A stretch of 64,000 bases of DNA. Source: an uncultured Pseudomonadota bacterium. Its GTDB lineage: Bacteria > Myxococcota_A > Polyangia > Fen-1088. Shown here one piece after another: positions 18,833-27,228 of the stretch (position 1 is its first letter; each line of letters starts with the position of its first letter). The stretch lies in the NCBI GenBank assembly GCA_963847705.1, contig CAWKBC010000030.1:224001-288000 (forward strand), written 5' to 3'. The notes beneath the pieces are model-generated. The model saw only the letters and a list, made by a program, of their open reading frames with translations, searched no databases and was not told the origin of the DNA. A program made the position numbers and the translations under genes.

Positions 18833-19561
18833 ATGACCGCCGCCGTCGGAGAAGCGCGGGTTCCGCCGCCCCCTCTCGGGCGGCGGCGTGTGGTGCGCGC
18901 GGTCGCCACGCTGGCCGGCCTGGCCGGCGCGTTCGTGGCCGTGATGGGATTTCTGCACACGCCCTACGGTCGCCCGCTGATGCGGCGCCTCGGAATGTCC
19001 TGTCCGGCGATGAAGGTTTCGCCGGCGGCGGCCGAGGCGGTGCGTCTGCGCGCCGTGGCTTCGTTGCGGACGGCGGTGTCGTCGCCCGCGCGTCCGGCGC
19101 TGGGGCAGGCGCTCGACGTCAGCCGCGCGATCGACGTGAACGCCTGGACCCACGCGCGCGGTCTCGCCTGCGTCGAGGAGATGCGCCCCTCGCACGCGAT
19201 CCGATGCGCTGGGTTGGTGGGGCAGCCGGCGCCTGACCCAAAGGCGCCGCCGGCCGAGCAGATCGTCTTCTCCTTCGCGCCGGACGGTCGGTTGGTCAGC
19301 GTCGATCGGTTGCGCAGCACGCTGACCGCGTCGGAGGCCTCGCGCCTTTTCTCGCTGGCCGCCGGCGAATTGACCGCCGCCCTCGGTCCCGGTGGTCAGA
19401 TGATCGGCGACGCAGACCCGGCCTATCTCGCCGGCGGCTCGATGCACACCGCGCGGCTGCAGTACCGCTACTCAGACTACCTGGCGACGATCACGGCCAT
19501 GAACATCTCCGGCCGCGTGGTGATGCACGAGCAGTACGAATCGGCGCGCGGGCCTATCTAA
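18833..19561 (+). CDS. Hypothetical membrane-anchored protein
   Basis: 1-bp gap after the globin gene; N-terminal TM, three Cys, GC3-rich codons. Confidence 0.65.
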   Translation: MTAAVGEARVPPPPLGRRRVVRAVATLAGLAGAFVAVMGFLHTPYGRPLMRRLGMSCPAMKVSPAAAEAVRLRAVASLRTAVSSPARPALGQALDVSRAIDVNAWTHARGLACVEEMRPSHAIRCAGLVGQPAPDPKAPPAEQIVFSFAPDGRLVSVDRLRSTLTASEASRLFSLAAGELTAALGPGGQMIGDADPAYLAGGSMHTARLQYRYSDYLATITAMNISGRVVMHEQYESARGPI

Positions 19562-20606
19562 ACGACTTCTGGAGCTCGTCGAGGGCGGCGCTGCCGGGGC
19601 AGAGCTTTTCGTAGGGGACCTGCGACAGCGGGACCTCGGTGGTGCCGCTGATGTCGTGCATGTCGCGCGAGTTGGTGTCGACGAAGAAGAGGCCGGTCGG
19701 GACCTCACCCTTGGAACGGTGACGCACGACCTCGTCGGCGGCCGACTGCCGATTGCCCGTGTCGTAGTCCTCCGCCAGCTTGCGCAGCCGGACGGTGCTG
19801 CCGTCGTGCAGCTTCACGCTGACCGCCGAGCCGGGGGCGTACTCGGTGGTGATCTCGGCGGCCGGCGGCACGAAGTCGGCGCTGATGATGGGCAACATCT
19901 TCTTGCGCGTGTTGAGGTAGCTCTTGGTCGACCCCTCGTGATCGTTGAAGGTCACGCAGGGGGAGATGACGTCGATGATGGCGAACCCCTTGTGTGAGAG
20001 GCCCGCCTTGAGGATGGGGACCAGCTGACCCTTGTCACCGGAGAAGGCGCGCGCCACGAAGCTGGCCCCCAGCTCCAGCGCCAGCGAGACGGGGTCGATG
20101 GGGCTGTACTGGTTGGCCTCGCCGCGCTTGCTCTTGGTGCCGATGTCGGCCGAGGCGGAGAACTGCCCCTTGGTGAGGCCGTAGACGCCGTTGTTCTCGA
20201 TCACGTAGAGCATGTCGAGGTTGCGGCGGATGGCGTGCACCAGCTGGCCGACGCCGATCGACAGCGAATCGCCGTCGCCCGAGATGCCGAGGTAGGTGAG
20301 CTCGCGGTTGGCGGCGTTGGCGCCTGTTGCGATGGAAGGCATGCGGCCATGGGCGGAGTTGAAGCCGTGCGCCCCCCCCACGAAGTAGGTGGGCGTCTTC
20401 GAGGAGCAGCCGATGCCGGAGAGCTTGGCGATCATGTGGGGCGGCGTCTCCAGCTCGTAGAACGCGCGGACGATGGCGGCGGTGACCGAGTCGTGGCCGC
20501 AGCCGGCGCAGAGGGTCGAGGGCGCCCCCTCGTAGTCACGGATGGTGAGCCCCAGCTTGTTGGGGCGCAGGTGGGGATGGATGACGGCTGGCTTCAACGA
20601 CGGCAT
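19554..20606 (-). CDS. korB: 2-oxoacid:ferredoxin oxidoreductase beta subunit
   Basis: STLCAGCGH, SGIGCSSK, HGRM, GDGD..NNGVYGLTKGQ (TPP motif), SPCVTFN. Confidence 0.95.
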   Translation of the reverse strand: MPSLKPAVIHPHLRPNKLGLTIRDYEGAPSTLCAGCGHDSVTAAIVRAFYELETPPHMIAKLSGIGCSSKTPTYFVGGAHGFNSAHGRMPSIATGANAANRELTYLGISGDGDSLSIGVGQLVHAIRRNLDMLYVIENNGVYGLTKGQFSASADIGTKSKRGEANQYSPIDPVSLALELGASFVARAFSGDKGQLVPILKAGLSHKGFAIIDVISPCVTFNDHEGSTKSYLNTRKKMLPIISADFVPPAAEITTEYAPGSAVSVKLHDGSTVRLRKLAEDYDTGNRQSAADEVVRHRSKGEVPTGLFFVDTNSRDMHDISGTTEVPLSQVPYEKLCPGSAALDELQKSFR

Positions 20607-20608
20607 GG

Positions 20609-22453
20609 CTAGATGTTTCCTTGCTCCCGCTGGGTCCGCTCCCGCTGGGTCCGTTCGAGCTGGGCGGTGATTCCGTCGATCACGTGGCGGGCCGACAGTG
20701 GAAACCCGCCGTAGATCAGCACCGACGAGAACTTCTCCTTCGGCGCGCTGGTCTCCATCGTCAAGAGCGTGCGCAGCTGGGCGTCGCGGTTCTGCTCGAT
20801 GACGAAGACGCGCTCGTGGGCGGCCAGGAAGGACTCCACCTCGGCGCCGAACGGGAAGCCGCGCACGCGCAGGTAGTCGGCGATGATCCCCCGCTCGGCC
20901 AGCGCCTCGACCGCCTCGCGCACCGCCGGGTCACAACCGCCCAGCGAGATGATCCCGAACGCCGCGTCGACCTGCTTGTGCAGGATCGGCGCCGGGACGG
21001 CCGCCGCGGCCGCCTTGTGCTTCTTGGCCAGGCGGTCCATCACCTCCTGGTACTCGTCGGGGACCTCGGTGTAGCCGCCCAGCTTGTTGTGCCCCGAGCC
21101 GCGCGTGAAGAAGGCGCCCTTGCTGTGGACGCCCGGCAGCGTGCGGGCGGCGACGTGGTCGGCGTTCTCCGGCGAGTAGCGGAAGAACTTGGTCATCTTC
21201 TCCAGCTCCGCCGCGGCCAGGACGCGCCCGCGGTTCGGGCGGTAGCTGTCGTCCCACTTGAGCCGCGGGCAGACCCAGTCGTTCATCCCGATGTCGAGAT
21301 CGGAGAGGAGAAACACCGGCGTCTGGAAGCGCTCGGCCAGGTCGAAGGATTCGACCGCCATGGTGAAGCACTCGGCCGGGCTCGAGGGGAAGAGCAGGAT
21401 GTGCTTGGTGTCGCCGTGCGAGGCGTAGGCGCAGGCCAGGATGTCCCCCTGCTGCGTGCGGGTCGGCATCCCGGTGGAAGGTCCGGTGCGCTGGACGTCG
21501 ACGATCACCGCGGGGATCTCGGCGTAGTAGGCCAGGCCGATCAGCTCGCCCATGAGCGAGATGCCGGGGCCGGCCGTGGAGGTGAAGGCGCGGGCGCCGT
21601 TCCAGGAGGCGCCGATCACCATCCCGATCGCGGCCAGCTCGTCCTCGGCCTGGACGATGCAGTAGTTGTTCTTGCCCGTCTCGGGATCCTTGCGGTACTC
21701 CGCGCAGAGCTCCTTGAACGAATCCATCACGCTGGTGGCCGGGGTGATCGGGTACCAGGCGGCCACGGTGGCGCCGGCGTAGACGCAGCCGAGCGCCGTC
21801 GCGGTGTTGCCGTCGATCAGGATTCGATCGTCGGTGGCGTGCATCTTCTCCAGGCGAATCGGCAGCGGGCACTCGAAGTTCTCGATGGCGAAGTCGTAGC
21901 CCGCGCGCAGCGCCTTGTGGTTCGAATCCCTCAGCGCCTTCTTTTTAGAGAACTTCTCCTCGAGCAGCTCGTCGATGACACCCATGTCGATGTCGAGCAG
22001 CGCCACCAACGTCCCGAGGTAAGCGATGTTCTTCATCAGGATCCGCTCGCGCGAATCGGTGAAGATCTCGTTGCACATCCGGGCCAGCGGCACGCCCAGG
22101 AAGGTGACGTCGGGGCGTGCCAGCGCGGCCTCGAGCGGCCAGCTCGAATCGTAGAGCAGCGCGCCGCCCGAGCGGACCTCCTTGACGTCGCGGGCGTAGG
22201 TCTCGACGTTCATGGCGATGACCAGGTCGTAGTCGAGCGCGCGCGCCGTGTGGCCGGCCTTGCTGACCCGCACCTCGTACCAGGTCGGCAGCCCCTGAAT
22301 GTTGGAGGGGAACAGGTTCTTCCCCGAGACGGGGATCCCCATCCGGAAGATCGCCTGCATCAGCAATCCGTTGGCGCTCGCCGACCCGGTCCCGTTGACG
22401 TTGGCCAGCTTGAGCGCGAAGTCGTTGGTTCTGATCACCTGCCGCTGATGCAC
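20609..22453 (-). CDS. korA: 2-oxoacid:acceptor oxidoreductase alpha subunit (gamma-alpha fusion)
   Basis: NVNGTGSASAN, WYPITP, QAEDELAA, QRTGPSTGMPTRTQQGD, EQNRDAQL. Confidence 0.95.
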   Translation of the reverse strand: MHQRQVIRTNDFALKLANVNGTGSASANGLLMQAIFRMGIPVSGKNLFPSNIQGLPTWYEVRVSKAGHTARALDYDLVIAMNVETYARDVKEVRSGGALLYDSSWPLEAALARPDVTFLGVPLARMCNEIFTDSRERILMKNIAYLGTLVALLDIDMGVIDELLEEKFSKKKALRDSNHKALRAGYDFAIENFECPLPIRLEKMHATDDRILIDGNTATALGCVYAGATVAAWYPITPATSVMDSFKELCAEYRKDPETGKNNYCIVQAEDELAAIGMVIGASWNGARAFTSTAGPGISLMGELIGLAYYAEIPAVIVDVQRTGPSTGMPTRTQQGDILACAYASHGDTKHILLFPSSPAECFTMAVESFDLAERFQTPVFLLSDLDIGMNDWVCPRLKWDDSYRPNRGRVLAAAELEKMTKFFRYSPENADHVAARTLPGVHSKGAFFTRGSGHNKLGGYTEVPDEYQEVMDRLAKKHKAAAAAVPAPILHKQVDAAFGIISLGGCDPAVREAVEALAERGIIADYLRVRGFPFGAEVESFLAAHERVFVIEQNRDAQLRTLLTMETSAPKEKFSSVLIYGGFPLSARHVIDGITAQLERTQRERTQREQGNI

Positions 22454-22486
22454 GTTTTTGTCCCTGCTTTGCCTTGCCTGCTTGGC

Positions 22487-24328
22487 CTATTGTCCGGAGG
22501 CGGGGACGTGGGGCGGGTGTTCGCCCCCTTTGGCGAGAGACGCAGCCGGGATGACCCCGGTTCCGTTCGGACGTTGCCCGGCCTTGGGAAGAATGAGCTC
22601 GACCCGCGCCATGTCCCAGGCCGCCGTGGGGCAGCGCTCGGCGCAGAGGCCGCAGTGGACGCAGACGTCCTCGTCCTTGACCATCACCCGGCCGGTCTGG
22701 GGCAGCCCGCCCGACACGAAGATCGCCTGGGTGGTGTTGGTCGCCGGCACGGTCAGTCGCTGGCGCAGCTCCGGCTCCTCGCCGTTGGCGGTGATGGTCA
22801 GGCAGCTGGTCGGGCAGACGTCGACGCAGGCGTCACACTCGATGCAGCGCTTGTCGGTGAACGCCGTCTGCACGTCGCAGTTGAGGCAGCGCTCGACCTC
22901 GCGCGCGGTCTGCTCGTGGTCGAAGCCCATCTCCACCTCGATCGAGAGCTGCTTGAAGCGCTCCTTGAGGTCGACGTGCTTCATCTTCGCCCGGTGGGCG
23001 GTGTTGTAGTCGTTGCTGTACGACCACTCGGTGAGCCCCATCTTCTGCGTGACCAGGTTCATGTGCGCGGCCGGCCGCTCGGTGAGCGCGAGCCCCTGGC
23101 AGTGGTTGTGGATCGAGATCGCCGCTTCGTGCCCGTGCGCGACGGCCCAGATGATGTTCTTGGGGCCCCAGGCCGCGTCGCCGCCGAAGAAGACCCCCGG
23201 CCGCGTCGACGACATCGTCTTCTCGTCGACCTTGGGCATGTCCCACTTGCCGAACTCGATGCCGATGTCGCGCTCGATATAGGGGAAGGCGTTCTCCTGG
23301 CCGATGGCCACGATGACGTCGTCGGCCGGGAGAATCACCTTCTCCGTTCCCGAACCGCTGGCGGCCGGCCGCTCGAACTCCATGCCGACCAGCTTCCCCT
23401 TCTCCAGGACGAACCGGGTCGGGACGTGATTGACCAGGATGTCGACCTGCTCTTCTTCCGCGTCCTCCAGCTCCCAGGGCGAGGCCTTGAAGTGCTGGCG
23501 GTCGCGGCGGGCCATCACCTTGACGTCCTTGCCGCCCAGGCGCCGCGCCGTGCGGCAGCAGTCCATCGCGGTGTTGCCGACGCCGATGATGAGGACGTGC
23601 TCGCCGATCGAGCCGATGTGGTCGAAGGCGACGCTCTCCAGCCAGTCGATGCCGATGTGGATCCGCTCGGCCGCTTCCTTGCGTCCGGGCAGATCGAGAT
23701 CCTTGCCGCGCGGCGCGCCGGAGCCGATGAAGACCGCATCGAAGCGTTCGGAGTTCCCTGGCCCGAGCAGCGCCTTCAGGCTCTGCACGGGTGTGCCGTA
23801 GCGGACGTCGACGCCCTGGTCGACGATCATGGCGATCTCTTCGTCGAGCACGTGGGCCGGTAACCGGAAGCTGGGGACGTTCGTCCGCATCAGGCCACCC
23901 GGTCGCGTGTTCTTCTCGAACACCACGACCTCGTAGCCGAGCGGCATCAGATCGTTGGCCACCGTGAGCGAGGCTGGACCGGCGCCGATGCAGGCGACGC
24001 GCTTTCCGTTCTTCGTCGCCGGCGCCTTGGGGAGCCGCGCGCTGATGTCACCCTTGAGGTCGGCGGCCACCCGCTTGATGCGGCAGATGGCCACCGGCTT
24101 CTCCTCGACGCGCACCCGGCGGCAGGCCGGCTCGCACGGGCAATCGCAGGTGCGCCCGAGAATCCCCGGGAAGACGTTGGAGTCGCGGTTGAGCAGATAG
24201 GCGTCGTCGTAGCGCCCCTGCGCGACCATGCGGATGTACTCCGGCACGTTGGTGTGCGCGGGACAGGCCCACTGGCAGTCGACCACCTTGTGAAAGTAGT
24301 CGGGGTTGCGAACGTCTGTAGGCTTCAC
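22487..24328 (-). CDS. GltD-like FAD/NAD(P)H oxidoreductase with N-terminal Fe-S and C-terminal 2x[4Fe-4S] domains
   Basis: CQWACP, GRTCDCPCEPAC, IGAGPA, IGVGNTAMD, CIECDACVDVCP, CVHCGLCAERCP; first gene of the kor operon. Confidence 0.9.
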   Translation of the reverse strand: MKPTDVRNPDYFHKVVDCQWACPAHTNVPEYIRMVAQGRYDDAYLLNRDSNVFPGILGRTCDCPCEPACRRVRVEEKPVAICRIKRVAADLKGDISARLPKAPATKNGKRVACIGAGPASLTVANDLMPLGYEVVVFEKNTRPGGLMRTNVPSFRLPAHVLDEEIAMIVDQGVDVRYGTPVQSLKALLGPGNSERFDAVFIGSGAPRGKDLDLPGRKEAAERIHIGIDWLESVAFDHIGSIGEHVLIIGVGNTAMDCCRTARRLGGKDVKVMARRDRQHFKASPWELEDAEEEQVDILVNHVPTRFVLEKGKLVGMEFERPAASGSGTEKVILPADDVIVAIGQENAFPYIERDIGIEFGKWDMPKVDEKTMSSTRPGVFFGGDAAWGPKNIIWAVAHGHEAAISIHNHCQGLALTERPAAHMNLVTQKMGLTEWSYSNDYNTAHRAKMKHVDLKERFKQLSIEVEMGFDHEQTAREVERCLNCDVQTAFTDKRCIECDACVDVCPTSCLTITANGEEPELRQRLTVPATNTTQAIFVSGGLPQTGRVMVKDEDVCVHCGLCAERCPTAAWDMARVELILPKAGQRPNGTGVIPAASLAKGGEHPPHVPASGQ

Positions 24329-24602
24329 TCGGACGAGCTCACGAGCAAAAAACAGAGAAGAAATGACCAGGCATGCGACCAGCGTTCATGGGGAGCGGGG
24401 CCGGATCTACGCCTATGGAGGCGCGAACGCAAGCGGGCGGCAATTCGTTGCAAGGGTACCACGACGGTCATCCAGAGCCATTCTTGGAGGTCCGACGTCC
24501 GCTCCCCGGCGGCTCGACCGTGGCCGCTGGCGCGCCGGCCGATTCCCGCGCAAGCTTCGCCCCGAAAACAGGAAGTTCAACGGTACGGAAAAGGAGAACG
24601 TC

Positions 24603-25241
24603 ATGGCGCTTCACATTGGCAGCTTGGCCCCCGACTTCGAGCAAGACTCGACCGAGGGGAAGATCAACTTTCATCAGTACCTGGGCGACAAGTGGGGGGT
24701 GCTGTTCTCGCACCCGGCCGACTTCACGCCGGTCTGCACGACCGAGCTCGGCCGCGTCGCCAAGCTCAAGCCTGAGTTCGACAAGCGCAACGTGAAGGTG
24801 ATCGCGCTCTCGGTCGATCCGCTCGCCTCCCACAAGGGCTGGGTGGGGGACATCGAGGAGACGCAGGGCACCAAGGTGAACTTCCCGATCCTGGCCGACG
24901 GCGACAAGAAGGTCGCGACGCTCTACGACATGATCCACCCCGAGGTGAGCGACACGTCCACCGTCCGCTCGGTCTTCGTGATCGACCCCAAGAAGAAGAT
25001 CCGCCTCATCATCACCTACCCGGCCAGCGCGGGCCGCAACTTCGACGAGATCCTGCGGGTCATCGACTCGCTTCAGCTGACCGACAGCCATTCGGTCGCC
25101 ACGCCGGTCGACTGGAAGGACGGCCAGGACGTGGTGATCGTCCCGTCGCTGAAGGACCCGGAGATCATGAAGCAGAAGTTCCCCAAGGGCTGGAAGGAGA
25201 TCAAGCCCTACCTCCGGATGACCCCGCAGCCCAACAAGTAA
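24603..25241 (+). CDS. 1-Cys peroxiredoxin (Prx6 family)
   Basis: AAGGAG RBS; FSHPADFTPVCTTELG, GRNFDEILRVIDSLQ, ATPVDW, KPYLR. Confidence 0.96.
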   Translation: MALHIGSLAPDFEQDSTEGKINFHQYLGDKWGVLFSHPADFTPVCTTELGRVAKLKPEFDKRNVKVIALSVDPLASHKGWVGDIEETQGTKVNFPILADGDKKVATLYDMIHPEVSDTSTVRSVFVIDPKKKIRLIITYPASAGRNFDEILRVIDSLQLTDSHSVATPVDWKDGQDVVIVPSLKDPEIMKQKFPKGWKEIKPYLRMTPQPNK

Positions 25242-25328
25242 GCCTCTCCGGCTCAGGGAGGCGGCCGCTGCCACGAGCGCACGGCCGCCGCGGGGCGCAG
25301 GCCCTCGTCGTCCCGGAGGCGCGCGCGG

Positions 25329-27113
25329 TTACTTGCAGACGAACGACGTGACCGTCGTCGCGGCGAGGGCAGCGCTGAAGCTCCCGCCGTTCACCGTGAC
25401 TGCAGTCCCGGAGGTGAGGTTGGCGCTGGCCGACGTCACCCAGGGGGTGCACGACGCCGGCGCCGTGCCGCCCGCGATGGCGATCGGCACGGTCTGCGAC
25501 CCGGTGCCGTTGTTGATGGCCACGACGACCACCGTGCCGTCCGACCCCTTGTAGGCCGAGAGCAGGACGCCCGATGGCGCGCTGCCCGTCACGTCCACCC
25601 GGGTGTAGCCCGGGCGGACGAACTTGCTGTAGTTGCCGAGCGTGTAGTGGCGCTTGGTGTCGGTTCCGCTCTTGAGGTACAGGCCCTCGTTGTCGTCGGT
25701 TCCGCTCGCCTGATACCACCACCAGAGCCAAGCCGACGCATTGCCGTCCACCAGCGCCGAGTGAATCCAACCGGCGACCGCGACCCCGTTGTTGATGTCG
25801 CTGCTCGGCCCTTGCTCCGGCCACCACTTCACGCCGGACATCTCGGTCTGCCAGACCTCTTTGTTGGGCTTGCCGCCGTTGACGTCGCTCGGCCAGGGCA
25901 TCGCCACCTGAGAGTCGTACTCGTGCACGCCGAGAATGTCGAAAGCCGCCCAGGCCGTCGCGTCCTTGGCCAGGTAGTGGCCATAGTCGTATCCCATGCC
26001 GGAGGTGCACGTGGAGGCGCAACTGTTGGTGTTCTTGTCCGGGAAGCAGCCGCACTTCAAAGGATCCGAGCTCTCGTGGCCGGCGACATCGGGTCCGGCG
26101 GAGACGTTGGACCAGGTGTGGAGCCACTCCGAGGCCTCGGGCGCGATGACCTTGACGCCCTTCGCTTGCAACTTCGGCCCGGCCACCTTCACCCAGGCCA
26201 CCGTCTCGGTGGCGGTGAACAGCGTCGTGTCGTAGTCGCCGTTGCAGGGATCGGAGGTTCCACACGAAGCGAAATCGGGCTCGTTGCCGATCGACATGGC
26301 GTAGAAGCCGTTGCTGCCCGCGAAGTTGGCGATCGTCGTCGACCAGGAGTCATAACAACTCGACAACAAGTGTCCGCCGTCGTCGATGCTGTTGTTGGTC
26401 TTGCAGTTCGCGGGCGGGCTCCAGACCGACCCGATGAGCTTTGCGCTCGAGCCGGCGTTGGTCTTCAGGGCGGAGATGTTGCTCGACTCGAAGCTGTTGT
26501 AGAAGGCGCCCGAGGGGTTCATGCCGGTGCGCAGGATGGTCAAGCCCAGGCCGCTGCCCGACGTGCTGAAGAGCCCGCTCGCCTGCGAGCTGGTAAATTG
26601 CGTACCCCAGTTGTCGTTGATGCCGAAGCCCTCGATCGTCTGCTCCGTCTGAGCAAGCTGCACCGTCACGCTGGACGACGAGCCCCCACCGACGCCGCCG
26701 GTCGCGCTGCCGCCGGTCCCCGTGGTGCCGCCCGTTGCGGAGGAGCCGCCGCTGCCTTGTCCCGCCGCACCGCCGGTGCTGGTCGCGCCGCCTGTTCCGG
26801 TCGCGCCGCCCGTCGCTGCGTTCCCACCCGTTCCGTTGGAGCCGCCGGTCCCGGTCGTTCCGCCGGTGGCGTGTCCGCCTGTTCCCGTGGAGCCGCCCGT
26901 CGCCACGTTTCCACCCGTTCCGTTGGAGCCGCCGGTCCCGGTCGTTCCGCCGGTGGCATGTCCGCCTGTTCCCGTGGAGCCACCTGTCGCCGAGTTACCG
27001 CCCGTTCCAGTTCCGGTGGAGCCGCCCGTTCCCGCTCCGCCGCTGCTTGTGCCGCAGCCGCAGGCAAAGATTGCGCTCGCCAAAATTACGCTGCCAAGTC
27101 TGGTCTTGCCCAC
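25329..27113 (-). CDS. GH30 xylanase-like lipoprotein with long Gly/Thr linker and Cys-rich loop insertions
   Basis: GGAGG RBS before GTG 27113; lipobox FACGC, QTIEGFG, GNEPD, VWQTE, GNYSKFVRPGY; clear paralog of 1558-3201. Confidence 0.85.
   Translation of the reverse strand: MGKTRLGSVILASAIFACGCGTSSGGAGTGGSTGTGTGGNSATGGSTGTGGHATGGTTGTGGSNGTGGNVATGGSTGTGGHATGGTTGTGGSNGTGGNAATGGATGTGGATSTGGAAGQGSGGSSATGGTTGTGGSATGGVGGGSSSSVTVQLAQTEQTIEGFGINDNWGTQFTSSQASGLFSTSGSGLGLTILRTGMNPSGAFYNSFESSNISALKTNAGSSAKLIGSVWSPPANCKTNNSIDDGGHLLSSCYDSWSTTIANFAGSNGFYAMSIGNEPDFASCGTSDPCNGDYDTTLFTATETVAWVKVAGPKLQAKGVKVIAPEASEWLHTWSNVSAGPDVAGHESSDPLKCGCFPDKNTNSCASTCTSGMGYDYGHYLAKDATAWAAFDILGVHEYDSQVAMPWPSDVNGGKPNKEVWQTEMSGVKWWPEQGPSSDINNGVAVAGWIHSALVDGNASAWLWWWYQASGTDDNEGLYLKSGTDTKRHYTLGNYSKFVRPGYTRVDVTGSAPSGVLLSAYKGSDGTVVVVAINNGTGSQTVPIAIAGGTAPASCTPWVTSASANLTSGTAVTVNGGSFSAALAATTVTSFVCK
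26821..27007 (-). repeat. 87-bp coding tandem duplication (29-aa Gly/Thr linker unit, about 2 copies)
   Basis: ccacccgttccgttggagccgccggtcccggtcgttccgccggtggc occurs at 26824 and 26911. Confidence 0.85.
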
Positions 27114-27188
27114 GTCGGCCTCCGGTCGGTGCCTGGTTTGGTTTCTCTCTAACGACCTAATCAATTCCCTCAATCACACCCGCGGATC

Positions 27189-27217
27189 GCCGCGACCGCG
27201 CTGTTCGCGGTCGCGGC
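27189..27217. terminator. Perfect 12-bp GC stem-loop between the two GH30 genes (terminator or mRNA-stabilising hairpin)
   Basis: GCCGCGACCGCG-ctgtt-CGCGGTCGCGGC; no U-tract. Confidence 0.5.
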
Positions 27218-27228
27218 CTGGTTCGCTC

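Noticed and set aside
20621-23863. Very long + strand ORF (1080 aa) and similar long antisense ORFs such as 43277-46885 and 52968-55451
   Set aside because: These are shadow frames of well-supported opposite-strand genes, expected in high-GC DNA, and they carry no motifs.
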